63,397 nucleotides of DNA from Bacteroidota bacterium (GCA_016928255.1 JAFGLB010000076.1:1-63397); one strand, 5' to 3'; shown: positions 40,594 to 49,553, counted from the first letter of the stretch. The notes: generated by a model not told the origin, from the sequence alone. Numbers and translations are program-made.

Positions 40594-40719
40594 ATGAATG
40601 AACAGAATCAAGACGTACAACAAAAAAGAGAATCTTTTAAAATCCCGATTATTATGGCCAGTATTTACGGCATTGTTATCCTAGGCCTGATTATCGGTAT
40701 GATAATATTTTCGAAGTAG
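40594..40719 (+). CDS. unannotated 41-aa single-TM mini-protein (candidate)
   Basis: MNEQNQDVQQKRESFKIPIIMASIYGIVILGLIIGMIIFSK. ATG lies 1 nt after the previous stop, and a terminator follows at 40761. Confidence 0.35.
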   Translation: MNEQNQDVQQKRESFKIPIIMASIYGIVILGLIIGMIIFSK

Positions 40720-40760
40720 CGGCTTTTAGTTAAATAAGTGTAATTTACAGCCCGAGAAAA

Positions 40761-40786
40761 AGCCCCTTTGCAATAGGGGCTTTTTG
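40761..40786. terminator. bidirectional rho-independent terminator
   Basis: gaaaaa-agcccct-ttgcaat-aggggct-ttttt, between the convergent mini-ORFs and the Nudix gene. Confidence 0.75.
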
Positions 40787-40815
40787 CGGAAATATTTTTC
40801 TGGGAGTATAGAAAT

Positions 40816-41883
40816 TTATATAATCGACATCTTTTTTAAAAGATTGAATTCCACTTCGAAGTTTGGCGTTAGACTGCCGTCATTCAAATGACTATTGATC
40901 TCTGATATATTCCAGAACCTGCCTTCAACAACTTCATCTTCATTAACTTTTATTCCGTTTTCAAAAAAAGTGTAAAAAAGGAAAACAAGTTCAGATTCGA
41001 TATCTGTTTTCCAAATATACCTGTAGGCGAATTTAGGATCGAAATTATTGATACCAAGTTCTTCTTCCGCTTCCCGTTTTAAAGCATTCTCGATAGTCTC
41101 ATTGACGGCAACATGACCGCCGACCGATGTATCCCATTTATCCGGCTGTACCAATTTTGTCAGAGGCCTTTTTTGCAGAAATATTTGCTTTCGGCTGTTC
41201 AGAACATGCAAGTGAACGACGGGATGCAGCAATTCTTTATTCCCGTGTACAACTGAGCGTGGGGCATGTCCTGTTATATTGCCGCTTTCGCTAACTAAGG
41301 GAAGCCACTCTTCTTTTTTGTATTTACGGTTATTCAGTTTAATTTTTATCAACTCGAAAAGAAAATATGCCCCGAACAGCAGATAAAATATTATAGTGCT
41401 GATAAATGCCCAGGCCTCTTTGGACATAAAAAATGCCGAATAGATAACCAGTATTGTGTGAAACGAAAAGATATAGAAGAGGGTCTTTGTGCTTTTATTG
41501 AATTGACTGATTTGCCCGGTATCTAAAGTCAAATCACCCATATATCTCTTGGACAGCAATGCCATTATATTCGTTTTTGAGAATGCGGATATTCCGAGTA
41601 TTATACAAAGAATGGTCCCTATTAATGCGGGTTTCAGTTTAAAAAATATCGCATTCTCAAGAAAATATGATACACATCCAAGAATAACGATAAGACCGGT
41701 ATCAAAGAAAATAAATTTATCGAATATTTTATCCTTAATAAATATAAAGAGCAGCTGAACAATTCCAAAGCACACGGCAACGATCAATCCAGCCGATATT
41801 CCGAATAATTCGTCAACTACGATAAATACTATTAGCGGTAAAAATCCCGGCAGTATTTTTTTCAGAAGCTGAAATCTGTTCAT
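40816..41883 (-). CDS. fusion of a YciB/IspZ-like polytopic membrane domain with a C-terminal NUDIX hydrolase
   Basis: The N-terminal roughly 190 aa have about 6 TM helices (LPGFLPLIVFIVVDELFG resembles YciB). Exact Nudix box GHVAVNETIENALKREAEEELGI (GX5EX7REUXEEXGU). Confidence 0.8.
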   Translation of the reverse strand: MNRFQLLKKILPGFLPLIVFIVVDELFGISAGLIVAVCFGIVQLLFIFIKDKIFDKFIFFDTGLIVILGCVSYFLENAIFFKLKPALIGTILCIILGISAFSKTNIMALLSKRYMGDLTLDTGQISQFNKSTKTLFYIFSFHTILVIYSAFFMSKEAWAFISTIIFYLLFGAYFLFELIKIKLNNRKYKKEEWLPLVSESGNITGHAPRSVVHGNKELLHPVVHLHVLNSRKQIFLQKRPLTKLVQPDKWDTSVGGHVAVNETIENALKREAEEELGINNFDPKFAYRYIWKTDIESELVFLFYTFFENGIKVNEDEVVEGRFWNISEINSHLNDGSLTPNFEVEFNLLKKMSII

Positions 41884-42000
41884 ACTTCCATTTTACCTAA
41901 TTGATACTGGATATTCAAGGGAAGTAATGGGGGTATAATTAAACAAGCGTTTCACATTTATCAAGCACAACAACAGAATATATAAAAAGATAAAGGATTG

Positions 42001-42017
42001 TTAACACTTTGGTAACA
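42001..42017 (+). promoter_or_regulatory. candidate Pho box (two hexamers, 11-bp phase) upstream of the porin-pstS unit
   Basis: TTAACA-ctttg-GTAACA. It matches the TT(A/T/C)ACA direct-repeat type of PhoP/PhoB-family sites but lies about 450 nt from the porin ATG. Confidence 0.3.
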
Positions 42018-42070
42018 TCATTTATTTTGTTTATTGCTAATATGGTACCAACATATATCGATAAATATAG

Positions 42071-42244
42071 ATGAGAAATCAAAATAATAAACGGACACGT
42101 GAATCATTTCTGTTTGATCTGTTGAATAAAAATCTACCGAAACAAGAAGAAAGCGAAGATGAAAGCCATATATCATGCATTGAGCTGCTTCTTTGGATGA
42201 TTGGAATAGTCGCGATTATTGCTGTCATAAAGAATATCTTTTAA
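42071..42244 (+). CDS. 57-aa tail-anchored mini-protein (weak candidate)
   Basis: MRNQNNKRTRESFLFDLLNKNLPKQEESEDESHISCIELLLWMIGIVAIIAVIKNIF. No clear RBS. Below the track cutoff. Confidence 0.2.
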   Translation: MRNQNNKRTRESFLFDLLNKNLPKQEESEDESHISCIELLLWMIGIVAIIAVIKNIF

Positions 42245-42452
42245 CCATAATCCATTTACAAAGGTCATATTTTTCAATAAATGCAAGTAATAAAATGTTA
42301 ACCTGTTCGTTATATTTTGGAAATATCTTTATGCGATATTTATATAAAAAAATTCATGTATACCGCTAGTAATAATATTTCAGTCGTTATTTTAAGTACA
42401 GGTAAATAAAAGATACATAAACAAAGAAAAAACACAAATAAAGGACAAATAT

Positions 42453-43799
42453 ATGCAAAGACTAAAATACTGTTTGCTATTTCTTGTTATAACTTCTGCA
42501 CTTTCATACGGACAAGACAGTTCAAAAACGGTAAATGAAAGAAACATTACTGAAATACAGGATGCAGTTTCAGGTATAAACGAAACAATCGCAGAAATGA
42601 AAACTACTTTAGATGCACTGAAAAAAATTAAATTGTCCGGATATGTCCAGTCCCAGTTCACTTCTACAAATGGCGCAGGAGGTTATGATGGAGTTAAAAC
42701 ATCAGGCCCGACAGCCGTAGGCAATTTTTCAGGCGGTGCTCTGGGCAAAGATGTATCTTCGAGATTTTTAGTAAGGCGGGGAAGGTTGAAAGCTGTATAT
42801 AAAAATGATCTTACACAATATGTGATGCAAATAGATGTTACGCAAAGTGGTGTTTCTATTAAGGATATGTATCTCTCGGTTAAAGAGCCATGGTTGAAAA
42901 CCTTCGCTCTTACAGCCGGTGTTTTTGACAGGCCTTTCGGCTTTGAAATATCTTATTCCTCAAGCAGCCGCGAAGCGCCGGAAAGAACCAGGATGTACCA
43001 GACATTGTTCCCTGGAGAACGTGAATTAGGTATGAAACTGGAAGTTATTCCTACAGAACAAATGGGTTTTCTGAGCCTCTTCAATTTTAAATTCGGCGTA
43101 TTCAACGGCACGGGCCCAACAACTCATGATGTAGATAATAGAAAAGATGTAATCGGCCGGCTGGGAATCGGACTCCAATTCCAGGAACAAAACGTTGCAT
43201 TGGACGCAGGTGTTTCTGTCTATTCAGGAAGTGTTCGCAGTAATACAAAATATGTTTATGAGAAGATAAATGAACTGGACTCAACATCGACTAACAACGG
43301 TAAATATTTCGACCGGTCCTATATAGGAATAGATGCACAGTTGTATGCAGATTTTCTGCCGTTCGGCGGCTCGTCTATTCGCGCTGAATTAATTTCAGGC
43401 CAGCAGCCGGGCACAAAGGATGATAATCGTTCCCCAAGCGCATTGTTGACCGGTGATATGTATGTCCGCAATTTTCTCGGATATTATGCGGCGTTAATTC
43501 AGAATATCGGATTGAGTCATCAACTGGTGGTCCGGTATGATGAGTTCCATCCCAACAGCGATAACAGCTCAAAAAATATCGGTGCACCGGGTTCAAATAT
43601 GGGACTGGGCGACCTCGCCTACAAAACTATTGGAATAGGGTGGGTGTACCATTACGACGAGAATGTTAAGTTTGTGGCTTATTATGATATGATTTCAAAT
43701 GATGAAATATCTCCAATAACAACAAATACTGCATACCGGCCGTACATTAAAGATGTTAAGGACGATATATTCACGTTCAGAATTCAATATAAGTTCTAA
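42453..43799 (+). CDS. outer-membrane porin, probably the phosphate-selective porin O/P family
   Basis: Signal peptide, an N-terminal coiled segment, beta-rich sequence ending ...FTFRIQYKF. Sits immediately upstream of pstS (37-nt gap). Confidence 0.6.
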   Translation: MQRLKYCLLFLVITSALSYGQDSSKTVNERNITEIQDAVSGINETIAEMKTTLDALKKIKLSGYVQSQFTSTNGAGGYDGVKTSGPTAVGNFSGGALGKDVSSRFLVRRGRLKAVYKNDLTQYVMQIDVTQSGVSIKDMYLSVKEPWLKTFALTAGVFDRPFGFEISYSSSSREAPERTRMYQTLFPGERELGMKLEVIPTEQMGFLSLFNFKFGVFNGTGPTTHDVDNRKDVIGRLGIGLQFQEQNVALDAGVSVYSGSVRSNTKYVYEKINELDSTSTNNGKYFDRSYIGIDAQLYADFLPFGGSSIRAELISGQQPGTKDDNRSPSALLTGDMYVRNFLGYYAALIQNIGLSHQLVVRYDEFHPNSDNSSKNIGAPGSNMGLGDLAYKTIGIGWVYHYDENVKFVAYYDMISNDEISPITTNTAYRPYIKDVKDDIFTFRIQYKF

Positions 43800-43836
43800 A
43801 TAAAATTTGAAAATAACCTAATAAAGGAGATAAAGA

Positions 43837-44661
43837 ATGAAAAATGTAGCAATCATATTACTACTGGCGGCAGTAATACTCGGGTTCTCGGGGCCTACTG
43901 AGACAATTACGGTGAAAGGATCCGATACAATGGTGATTCTTGCACAACGATGGGCGGAATTATATATGCAGAAGAATCCTGGAGTAGTTATTCAGGTAAC
44001 CGGCGGCGGATCGGGAACGGGAATTTCCGGACTAATTAATGGTACTACGGATATTTGCAATGCCTCCAGGCCCATGAAACCCAGCGAAAAGAGCAAACTT
44101 AAACAGCGGTATAATTCATTAGGTGTGGAAATCAAAACGGCAAAAGACGGCTTGTCGATATATGTGAATGAAAAAAATCCTGTTCAGGAGTTCTCACTTG
44201 CACAACTGAGAGGCATTTATACAGGAAAAATCACAAACTGGAAAGAAATTGGCGGGCCGGATCAGCGTATCATTTTATACGGCCGAGAAAATAATTCCGG
44301 TACTTACGTCTACTTCAGGGATAATGTAATGATGGGTGATGATTATTCATCCACTATGCAAAGCATGCCCGGGACTGCAGCTGTTGTAAACGCAGTTGCA
44401 AAAGATGAATTTGGCATCGGCTATGGCGGAGCGGCGTACGGCAAAGGCATAAGAGAAGCAAAAGTTAAAGTGGATGAGAAATCACCTGCATATGCTCCGA
44501 CAGAAGAAAATGTTAAAAGCGGTAATTATCCGATTGCTCGTTATCTTTATCTGTATGTTCGTTCACGCCCATCAGGTGCTATAAAAGACTATATCGACTG
44601 GATATTAAGTCCTGAAGGCCAGTCAATAGTTAAAAAAGTCGGCTATTTCCCGGTAAGATAA
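43837..44661 (+). CDS. pstS: phosphate ABC transporter substrate-binding protein
   Basis: VKGSDTMVILAQRWAELY...VTGGGSGTGISGLINGTTDICNASRPMK...ITNWKEIGG...AIGYGG. Confidence 0.9.
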   Translation: MKNVAIILLLAAVILGFSGPTETITVKGSDTMVILAQRWAELYMQKNPGVVIQVTGGGSGTGISGLINGTTDICNASRPMKPSEKSKLKQRYNSLGVEIKTAKDGLSIYVNEKNPVQEFSLAQLRGIYTGKITNWKEIGGPDQRIILYGRENNSGTYVYFRDNVMMGDDYSSTMQSMPGTAAVVNAVAKDEFGIGYGGAAYGKGIREAKVKVDEKSPAYAPTEENVKSGNYPIARYLYLYVRSRPSGAIKDYIDWILSPEGQSIVKKVGYFPVR

Positions 44662-44685
44662 ATATCTCTGCGTTATTTAGATAAT

Positions 44686-44729
44686 AAACACGGCTCTTAT
44701 CAACTCTAAGGGTAAGAGCCGTTGTGTTT
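44686..44729 (+). other. strong intercistronic stem-loop between pstS and pstC (attenuator, mRNA-stabiliser or terminator)
   Basis: aaacacggctctta (44686-44699) pairs with taagagccg-t-tgtgttt (44713-44729) with one bulge. No long T-run follows. Confidence 0.6.
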
Positions 44730-44746
44730 ATAAATGAAGGAAATTG

Positions 44747-44785
44747 TTAATAATTCCATAACAGGAACTTAATATGCAGGTAACA
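44747..44785 (+). promoter_or_regulatory. candidate Pho box array: four hexamers at exact 11-bp spacing upstream of pstC
   Basis: TTAATA(44747) attcc ATAACA(44758) ggaac TTAATA(44769) tgcag GTAACA(44780). Lies 44 nt upstream of the pstC ATG. Confidence 0.5.
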
Positions 44786-44828
44786 GTCTCTTATTATATT
44801 CTTAACACCATTAAAGAGAATAAAATGC

Positions 44829-45938
44829 ATGGATAAAAAAATATCTCACAAGCCTTCTGATATAGCTCCTGATGGTTTTATAAGAAAAATATTATTCTTT
44901 GGCATAAAAAAGAAAAATAAAAATTCTCTTGAGAAACGGTTCAGGTTAAGTGAATTTTTGGCTGAAAAGATAATTGCCGCAACATCTTTTGTTTCGTTCG
45001 CATTTATTATCCTTATTTTTGTTTTTGTATTTCGGGAAGCATTGCCGATATTTTCAGGTTATACCGATAAGCAAAGCGTGATTTCTGACGAACTTGAACA
45101 AGAGACCTATGGAGATATTCCCTCTGAATCATCGGACGAAGCAGATAGGCATGAAGAATTACATCAATCGGAAGAACCTGTTACAATTCCCGACCTTTTA
45201 AGTACCACCTGGCAGCCGGTTTCGCTTAAACCAAAATATGGACTTGTACCCTTATTTATGGCCAGCCTGAAGGTATCGTTGATCGCAGTTTTGATTGCTG
45301 CACCGATTGCCATTCTTGCCGCACTTTTTACTGCATTCTTTTCTTCAAAGTGGACTAAAGAAATTCTAAAACCTTCGATCGAACTGCTTGCAGGAATTCC
45401 TTCTGTTGTAGTCGGATTCTTCGCCCTCATCGTTTTGGCGACATGGATTCAGGATATGTTCGGACTCGAGTACCGGTTGAATGCATTTGTCGGCGGCGTA
45501 GCTCTCGCCTTAAGCGTAATACCGATTATTTATACTATCTCGGAAGATGCACTTTCTGTTGTGCCGAAATCATATACGGAAGCAAGCCTCGCCCTCGGCG
45601 CAGCCAAATGGCAAACTGCGCTGTTTGTTGTTCTTCCTGCTGCAACACCAGGTATCTTTGCTGCTGTGCTTCTGGGAATCGGCAGGGCGTTTGGCGAAAC
45701 AATGATAGTGCTTATGGCAACAGGAAATGCCGCGCTGTTTTCACTCAATCCGTTTGAACCCGTCAGGACTCTGTCTGCGACCATCGGGGCCGAAATGGCC
45801 GAGGTTATCTTTGGAGATACACACTACAATGTCCTTTTCCTTATAGGAGCACTTCTGTTTATTATCACGTTTGCACTTAACGCGATTGCAGAGTTATTCA
45901 TCCGCCGGCGGCTGATGAGAAAGTTTGGCGGGAAATAG
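44829..45938 (+). CDS. pstC: phosphate ABC transporter permease PstC (with an acidic periplasmic insert)
   Basis: ...ELLAGIPSVVVGFFAL...ALGAAKWQTALFVVLPAATPGIFAAVLLGIGRAFGETMIV... are typical PstC blocks. Confidence 0.9.
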   Translation: MDKKISHKPSDIAPDGFIRKILFFGIKKKNKNSLEKRFRLSEFLAEKIIAATSFVSFAFIILIFVFVFREALPIFSGYTDKQSVISDELEQETYGDIPSESSDEADRHEELHQSEEPVTIPDLLSTTWQPVSLKPKYGLVPLFMASLKVSLIAVLIAAPIAILAALFTAFFSSKWTKEILKPSIELLAGIPSVVVGFFALIVLATWIQDMFGLEYRLNAFVGGVALALSVIPIIYTISEDALSVVPKSYTEASLALGAAKWQTALFVVLPAATPGIFAAVLLGIGRAFGETMIVLMATGNAALFSLNPFEPVRTLSATIGAEMAEVIFGDTHYNVLFLIGALLFIITFALNAIAELFIRRRLMRKFGGK

Positions 45939-46841
45939 ATGATAAAGAAACGGAATATAATAGGCGCTCTTGTTGTAGGCATCACTGGAATGGCCTCGTT
46001 TGCCGTTGTTGCATCAATAGTTGTCATTATGGTCAATATCATCGCAGGAGGGATGGATACTTTTTCGATCAGTTTCCTGACCGAATCGCCAAAAGAAGGC
46101 ATGACAGAAGGGGGTATTTATCCTGCCATAATAGGAACATTTCTTCGGGTAATTATTATGACATTGGTGGGAGTTCCTATAGGAGCCGTTACAGCTGTAT
46201 ATCTAAGCGAGTACGCAAGCAGTAAATCAAAATTTGCCCAGATGATTCGTTTTGCTGTCAATACGCTTGCAGGTGTGCCGGCTATCGTGTTCGGACTTTT
46301 CGGACTGGGTTTCTTTGTGCAATTCGTGGGACAGGGAATGGATTATGCACTGGAAGGCGGCAGCGGATTGCGATGGGCACAGCCGAATCTCTTATGGGCG
46401 AGTCTTACAATGGCACTTTTGACACTGCCCGTCGTCATTGTATCGGTTGAAGAAGCAATTCGTGCGGTGCCCCGTGAACTGCGTGAAGCAAGCCTTGCGC
46501 TGGGAGGAACAAAATGGCAGACAATACGGAAAGTTGTAATTCCCAATTCATTTACGGGAGTGCTGACAGGGGGGATTCTTGCCATCAGCCGCGGTGCGGG
46601 TGAAGTTGCACCGATACTTTTTACAGGTGCCGCTTATTTCCTTCCTCACTTGCCGGCATCCTTGTCTGATCAATTTATGGAATTAGGATATCATATTTAT
46701 ATAATGGCGACGCAATCGGCTGACGTGGAAGCAACGAGCGGAATTCAATACGCCACGACTATGGTGCTTTTGTTTTGTACTTTCAGCCTGAATTTTATTG
46801 CAGTGGTGCTCAGATATAAAATGCGAAAAAAAATGCATTAG
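45939..46841 (+). CDS. pstA: phosphate ABC transporter permease PstA
   Basis: ATG abuts the pstC stop. ...LREASLALGGTKWQTIRKVVIP...GGILAISRGAGEVAPILFTG... Confidence 0.9.
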   Translation: MIKKRNIIGALVVGITGMASFAVVASIVVIMVNIIAGGMDTFSISFLTESPKEGMTEGGIYPAIIGTFLRVIIMTLVGVPIGAVTAVYLSEYASSKSKFAQMIRFAVNTLAGVPAIVFGLFGLGFFVQFVGQGMDYALEGGSGLRWAQPNLLWASLTMALLTLPVVIVSVEEAIRAVPRELREASLALGGTKWQTIRKVVIPNSFTGVLTGGILAISRGAGEVAPILFTGAAYFLPHLPASLSDQFMELGYHIYIMATQSADVEATSGIQYATTMVLLFCTFSLNFIAVVLRYKMRKKMH

Positions 46842-46850
46842 GAATAAAAT

Positions 46851-47615
46851 ATGGAAAACGGTCAAATAAGAATTCAAGTCAAATCCCTTAACCTATGGTA
46901 CGGTGAAAAGCAGGCGTTGGAAAATATATCATTGGATATACTTACCAATCAGGTTACCGCGCTAATAGGACCGTCGGGCTGCGGTAAATCTACATTCCTG
47001 CGCGCTTTAAACAGGATGAACGATCTTATCGAAAATGTCCGAACAGAGGGTGAAGTTTTATTTGAAGGTATTAATATCTACGATAAATCGGTTGATGCCG
47101 TTGAATTAAGGAAAAAAGTCGGAATGATTTTTCAGAAATCAAATCCTTTCCCAAAATCCATATATGAGAATGTCGCTTACGGGCCGAAAATTTACGGGAT
47201 AAGAGATAAAAAGAGCCTGGATGAAATAGTTGAAAAATCACTCCGCCAGGCTGCTCTCTGGGATGAGGTCAAGGATGATCTGAGCAAGAGCGGACTTTCG
47301 ATATCGGGAGGCCAGCAGCAGAGACTCTGCATTGCAAGGGCTCTGGCTGTCGATCCGGAAGTTATTTTAATGGATGAACCGGCAAGCGCGCTTGATCCGA
47401 TAGCAACATCAAAGATTGAAGAATTAATTTTTGAACTTAAAAAGCAATACACCATCGTCATCGTAACACATAATATGCAGCAGGCGGCGCGTGTCAGCGA
47501 CTATACAGCTTTCTTCTATATGGGTGAATTGGTGGAATATGATATAACCAGAAAAATATTTACAACTCCCTCGATTAAACATACGGAAGAATATGTTACA
47601 GGAAGGTTCGGATAA
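46851..47615 (+). CDS. pstB: phosphate ABC transporter ATP-binding protein
   Basis: [62 protein letters not shown]. Confidence 0.95.
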   Translation: MENGQIRIQVKSLNLWYGEKQALENISLDILTNQVTALIGPSGCGKSTFLRALNRMNDLIENVRTEGEVLFEGINIYDKSVDAVELRKKVGMIFQKSNPFPKSIYENVAYGPKIYGIRDKKSLDEIVEKSLRQAALWDEVKDDLSKSGLSISGGQQQRLCIARALAVDPEVILMDEPASALDPIATSKIEELIFELKKQYTIVIVTHNMQQAARVSDYTAFFYMGELVEYDITRKIFTTPSIKHTEEYVTGRFG

Positions 47616-47651
47616 GTATGCAGTTATTACTATTTCAATACAGGAAAAAAT

Positions 47652-48317
47652 ATGAATCGTCATTTTGAACTGGAACTTGAAAGCCTGAAGACTATACTGA
47701 TAAAAATGGGCAGTGTAGTTGAAGAGAATGTGAATAATGCTTTGCAGGCGCTATTGGAGCATGAAACCGGTCTGGCGCATAAAGTCATTGAAAACGAAAC
47801 TCGAATAAACTCGCTGGAAATAGAAATTGATAATGCTATTATCGATTTGCTTGCTTTGCAGCAGCCTGTTGCAAGCGACCTTCGTTTTATTATAGCTGCT
47901 CAGAAAATAAATAACGATCTTGAAAGAATAGGCGATCATGCTGTTAATATTGCAGAATCGGATTTAAATCTTCTTAAAATCAAACCCCTGGATTCGATGC
48001 TTGAAATTCCCAAAATGGTGGTTACTATAAAGCTTATGCTGCATCAGGCGCTTGACAGCTTTATACTTGTAGACCCCAAGATGGCGCAGACCGTGCTCGA
48101 AACCGACGATCAGATAGACAATCTCAACAGGTCGATGGCAACAGAGGTTATAGAACTTCTCAAATCGGATAAAAAAACGATCGAATGCGGTTTAGAACTG
48201 ATCCGTATAAGCCGTAATCTGGAACGTATAGCTGATATAGCCACAAATATTGCCGAGGAAGTGATCTTCTATGCCCAGGCAAGAGTTGTCAAGCATCATG
48301 CAGAAGAGAAAAGATAA
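47652..48317 (+). CDS. phoU: phosphate signalling complex protein PhoU
   Basis: Two PhoU repeats, each with a ...NDLERIGDHA.. / ..RNLERIADIATNIAE.. motif. Confidence 0.9.
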   Translation: MNRHFELELESLKTILIKMGSVVEENVNNALQALLEHETGLAHKVIENETRINSLEIEIDNAIIDLLALQQPVASDLRFIIAAQKINNDLERIGDHAVNIAESDLNLLKIKPLDSMLEIPKMVVTIKLMLHQALDSFILVDPKMAQTVLETDDQIDNLNRSMATEVIELLKSDKKTIECGLELIRISRNLERIADIATNIAEEVIFYAQARVVKHHAEEKR

Positions 48318-48732
48318 AAGAATACTCATTCTGTGTACCAGTAATTCCTGCCGCAGCCAGATGGCCGCGGGCTTTTTAAAATCATTTGATTCGGATCTGG
48401 AGGTGTATTCTGCAGGAACAAAGCCGGCGCGTAAGGTTAATCCGTTGGCAATTCAGGTTATGAAGGAAGCTGGAATCGATATCTCATCCGGAGTTCCCAG
48501 GCCTGTCGAACGGTTTATAAATGAAGATTTTGATTATGTAATAACGGTATGCGACAGTGCAAAAGAATCCTGCCCGAATTTTACAGGGAAAGTTAAAAAT
48601 CGCTTTCATATCGGTTTTAATGATCCTGCCATGACTGCAGGAAATGAAACGGAAGTTATTTATGCTTTTAAGAAAGTACGGGATGAGATAAAAAAGGAGT
48701 TTTATCTGTTTTACTGCAAAAATTTTAAATAA
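48298..48732 (+). CDS. arsC: arsenate reductase, LMW-PTP fold, thioredoxin-coupled type (or a closely related low-MW phosphatase)
   Basis: ATG 48298 overlaps the phoU end by 20 nt. P-loop ILILCTSNSCRSQMA (CX5R) and VITVCDSAKESCP (a Cys pair 7 apart, like Cys82/Cys89 of Staphylococcus/Bacillus ArsC). Confidence 0.75.
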   Translation: MQKRKDKRILILCTSNSCRSQMAAGFLKSFDSDLEVYSAGTKPARKVNPLAIQVMKEAGIDISSGVPRPVERFINEDFDYVITVCDSAKESCPNFTGKVKNRFHIGFNDPAMTAGNETEVIYAFKKVRDEIKKEFYLFYCKNFK

Positions 48733-49041
48733 AGCACGCAGCTGATTATTAATCGGCATTCCTAAGACCGGCAAACACATCGCAATCTTTAACAGCCCTG
48801 CTTAATATTTTCAAATTCCATACTATCAATGAAGAAGAACGGGTGTTATTTCATTAAAACAGTTTATATGGAATGCGGGCAATTATTACTAAATAACTGC
48901 AATCTTGCCGGAATCCGTTCTATTCAAATCTTATAATAGAAATTAGTTGAAAATATTACATGTATAATATATATTGAAATATGCAGTAATTGAAAACCAA
49001 TATAGTGTAATACCTTGAAGCAAGAGGGAAAGAGAGAAGCA

Positions 49042-49458
49042 ATGAAATATTTATTTTATGTATTTATTCTGGTAATAATTAGTGTATCGGTCAGTTATTC
49101 TCAGGTAGCGGTCATTGCTAATAAATCGGTGCCTGTCTCGAAAATATCCTCAGGTGCTTTGCTGCAAATTTATTTGATGAAAAATACAAAATGGTCTGAC
49201 GGCACGAAAATAGTTGTTTATTATAATAAAGAACAGTCAATATGTGACAAAGTATGCGAATACATTGGAATGGATATTATTAACCTCAGGAAACGATGGA
49301 TGCAGATGCAGTTATCAGGCGAAGGGAAAGCACCCGTAGCAATCGACGGCGATAATGAAATGATAAAAAAGGTTAAATCAACAGAAGGTGCGATTGGATA
49401 TGTAAACATATCTTCTGTTAAGGGCAAGGATTTGAATGTAATCGCGACAATCGAATGA
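49042..49458 (+). CDS. small (138-aa) secreted PstS-like, single-lobe PBP-domain protein
   Basis: ATG 49042 gives the signal peptide MKYLFYVFILVIISVSVSYSQ. ...LLQIYLMKNTKWSDGTKIVVY... and ...TEGAIGYVNISS resemble the PBP_like_2 motifs (itnWs.., pgAIGYv). Confidence 0.6.
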   Translation: MKYLFYVFILVIISVSVSYSQVAVIANKSVPVSKISSGALLQIYLMKNTKWSDGTKIVVYYNKEQSICDKVCEYIGMDIINLRKRWMQMQLSGEGKAPVAIDGDNEMIKKVKSTEGAIGYVNISSVKGKDLNVIATIE

Positions 49459-49488
49459 AGCTGTTTATAAAGGATTGATTGAAATTGA

Positions 49489-49524
49489 AACGGGCAAGCA
49501 ATTAAATGCTTGCCCGTTGTGTTT
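49489..49524. terminator. rho-independent terminator between convergent genes
   Basis: aacgggcaagca (49489-49500), loop attaaa, tgcttgcccgtt (49507-49518), then gtgttt. Confidence 0.7.
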
Positions 49525-49553
49525 AATGCCTGAAAAATAAAATATTTTTAAGG

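Noticed and set aside
42392-42661. 89-aa minus-strand ORF overlapping the porin start
   Set aside because: It overlaps the well-supported porin signal peptide on the opposite strand and has no independent support.
48829-48936. 35-aa Cys-containing ORF (MKKNGCYFIKTVYMECGQ...) as a possible RiPP or bacteriocin precursor
   Set aside because: It has no RBS, no adjacent modification or export genes, and sits in an AT-rich spacer where such short ORFs arise by chance.
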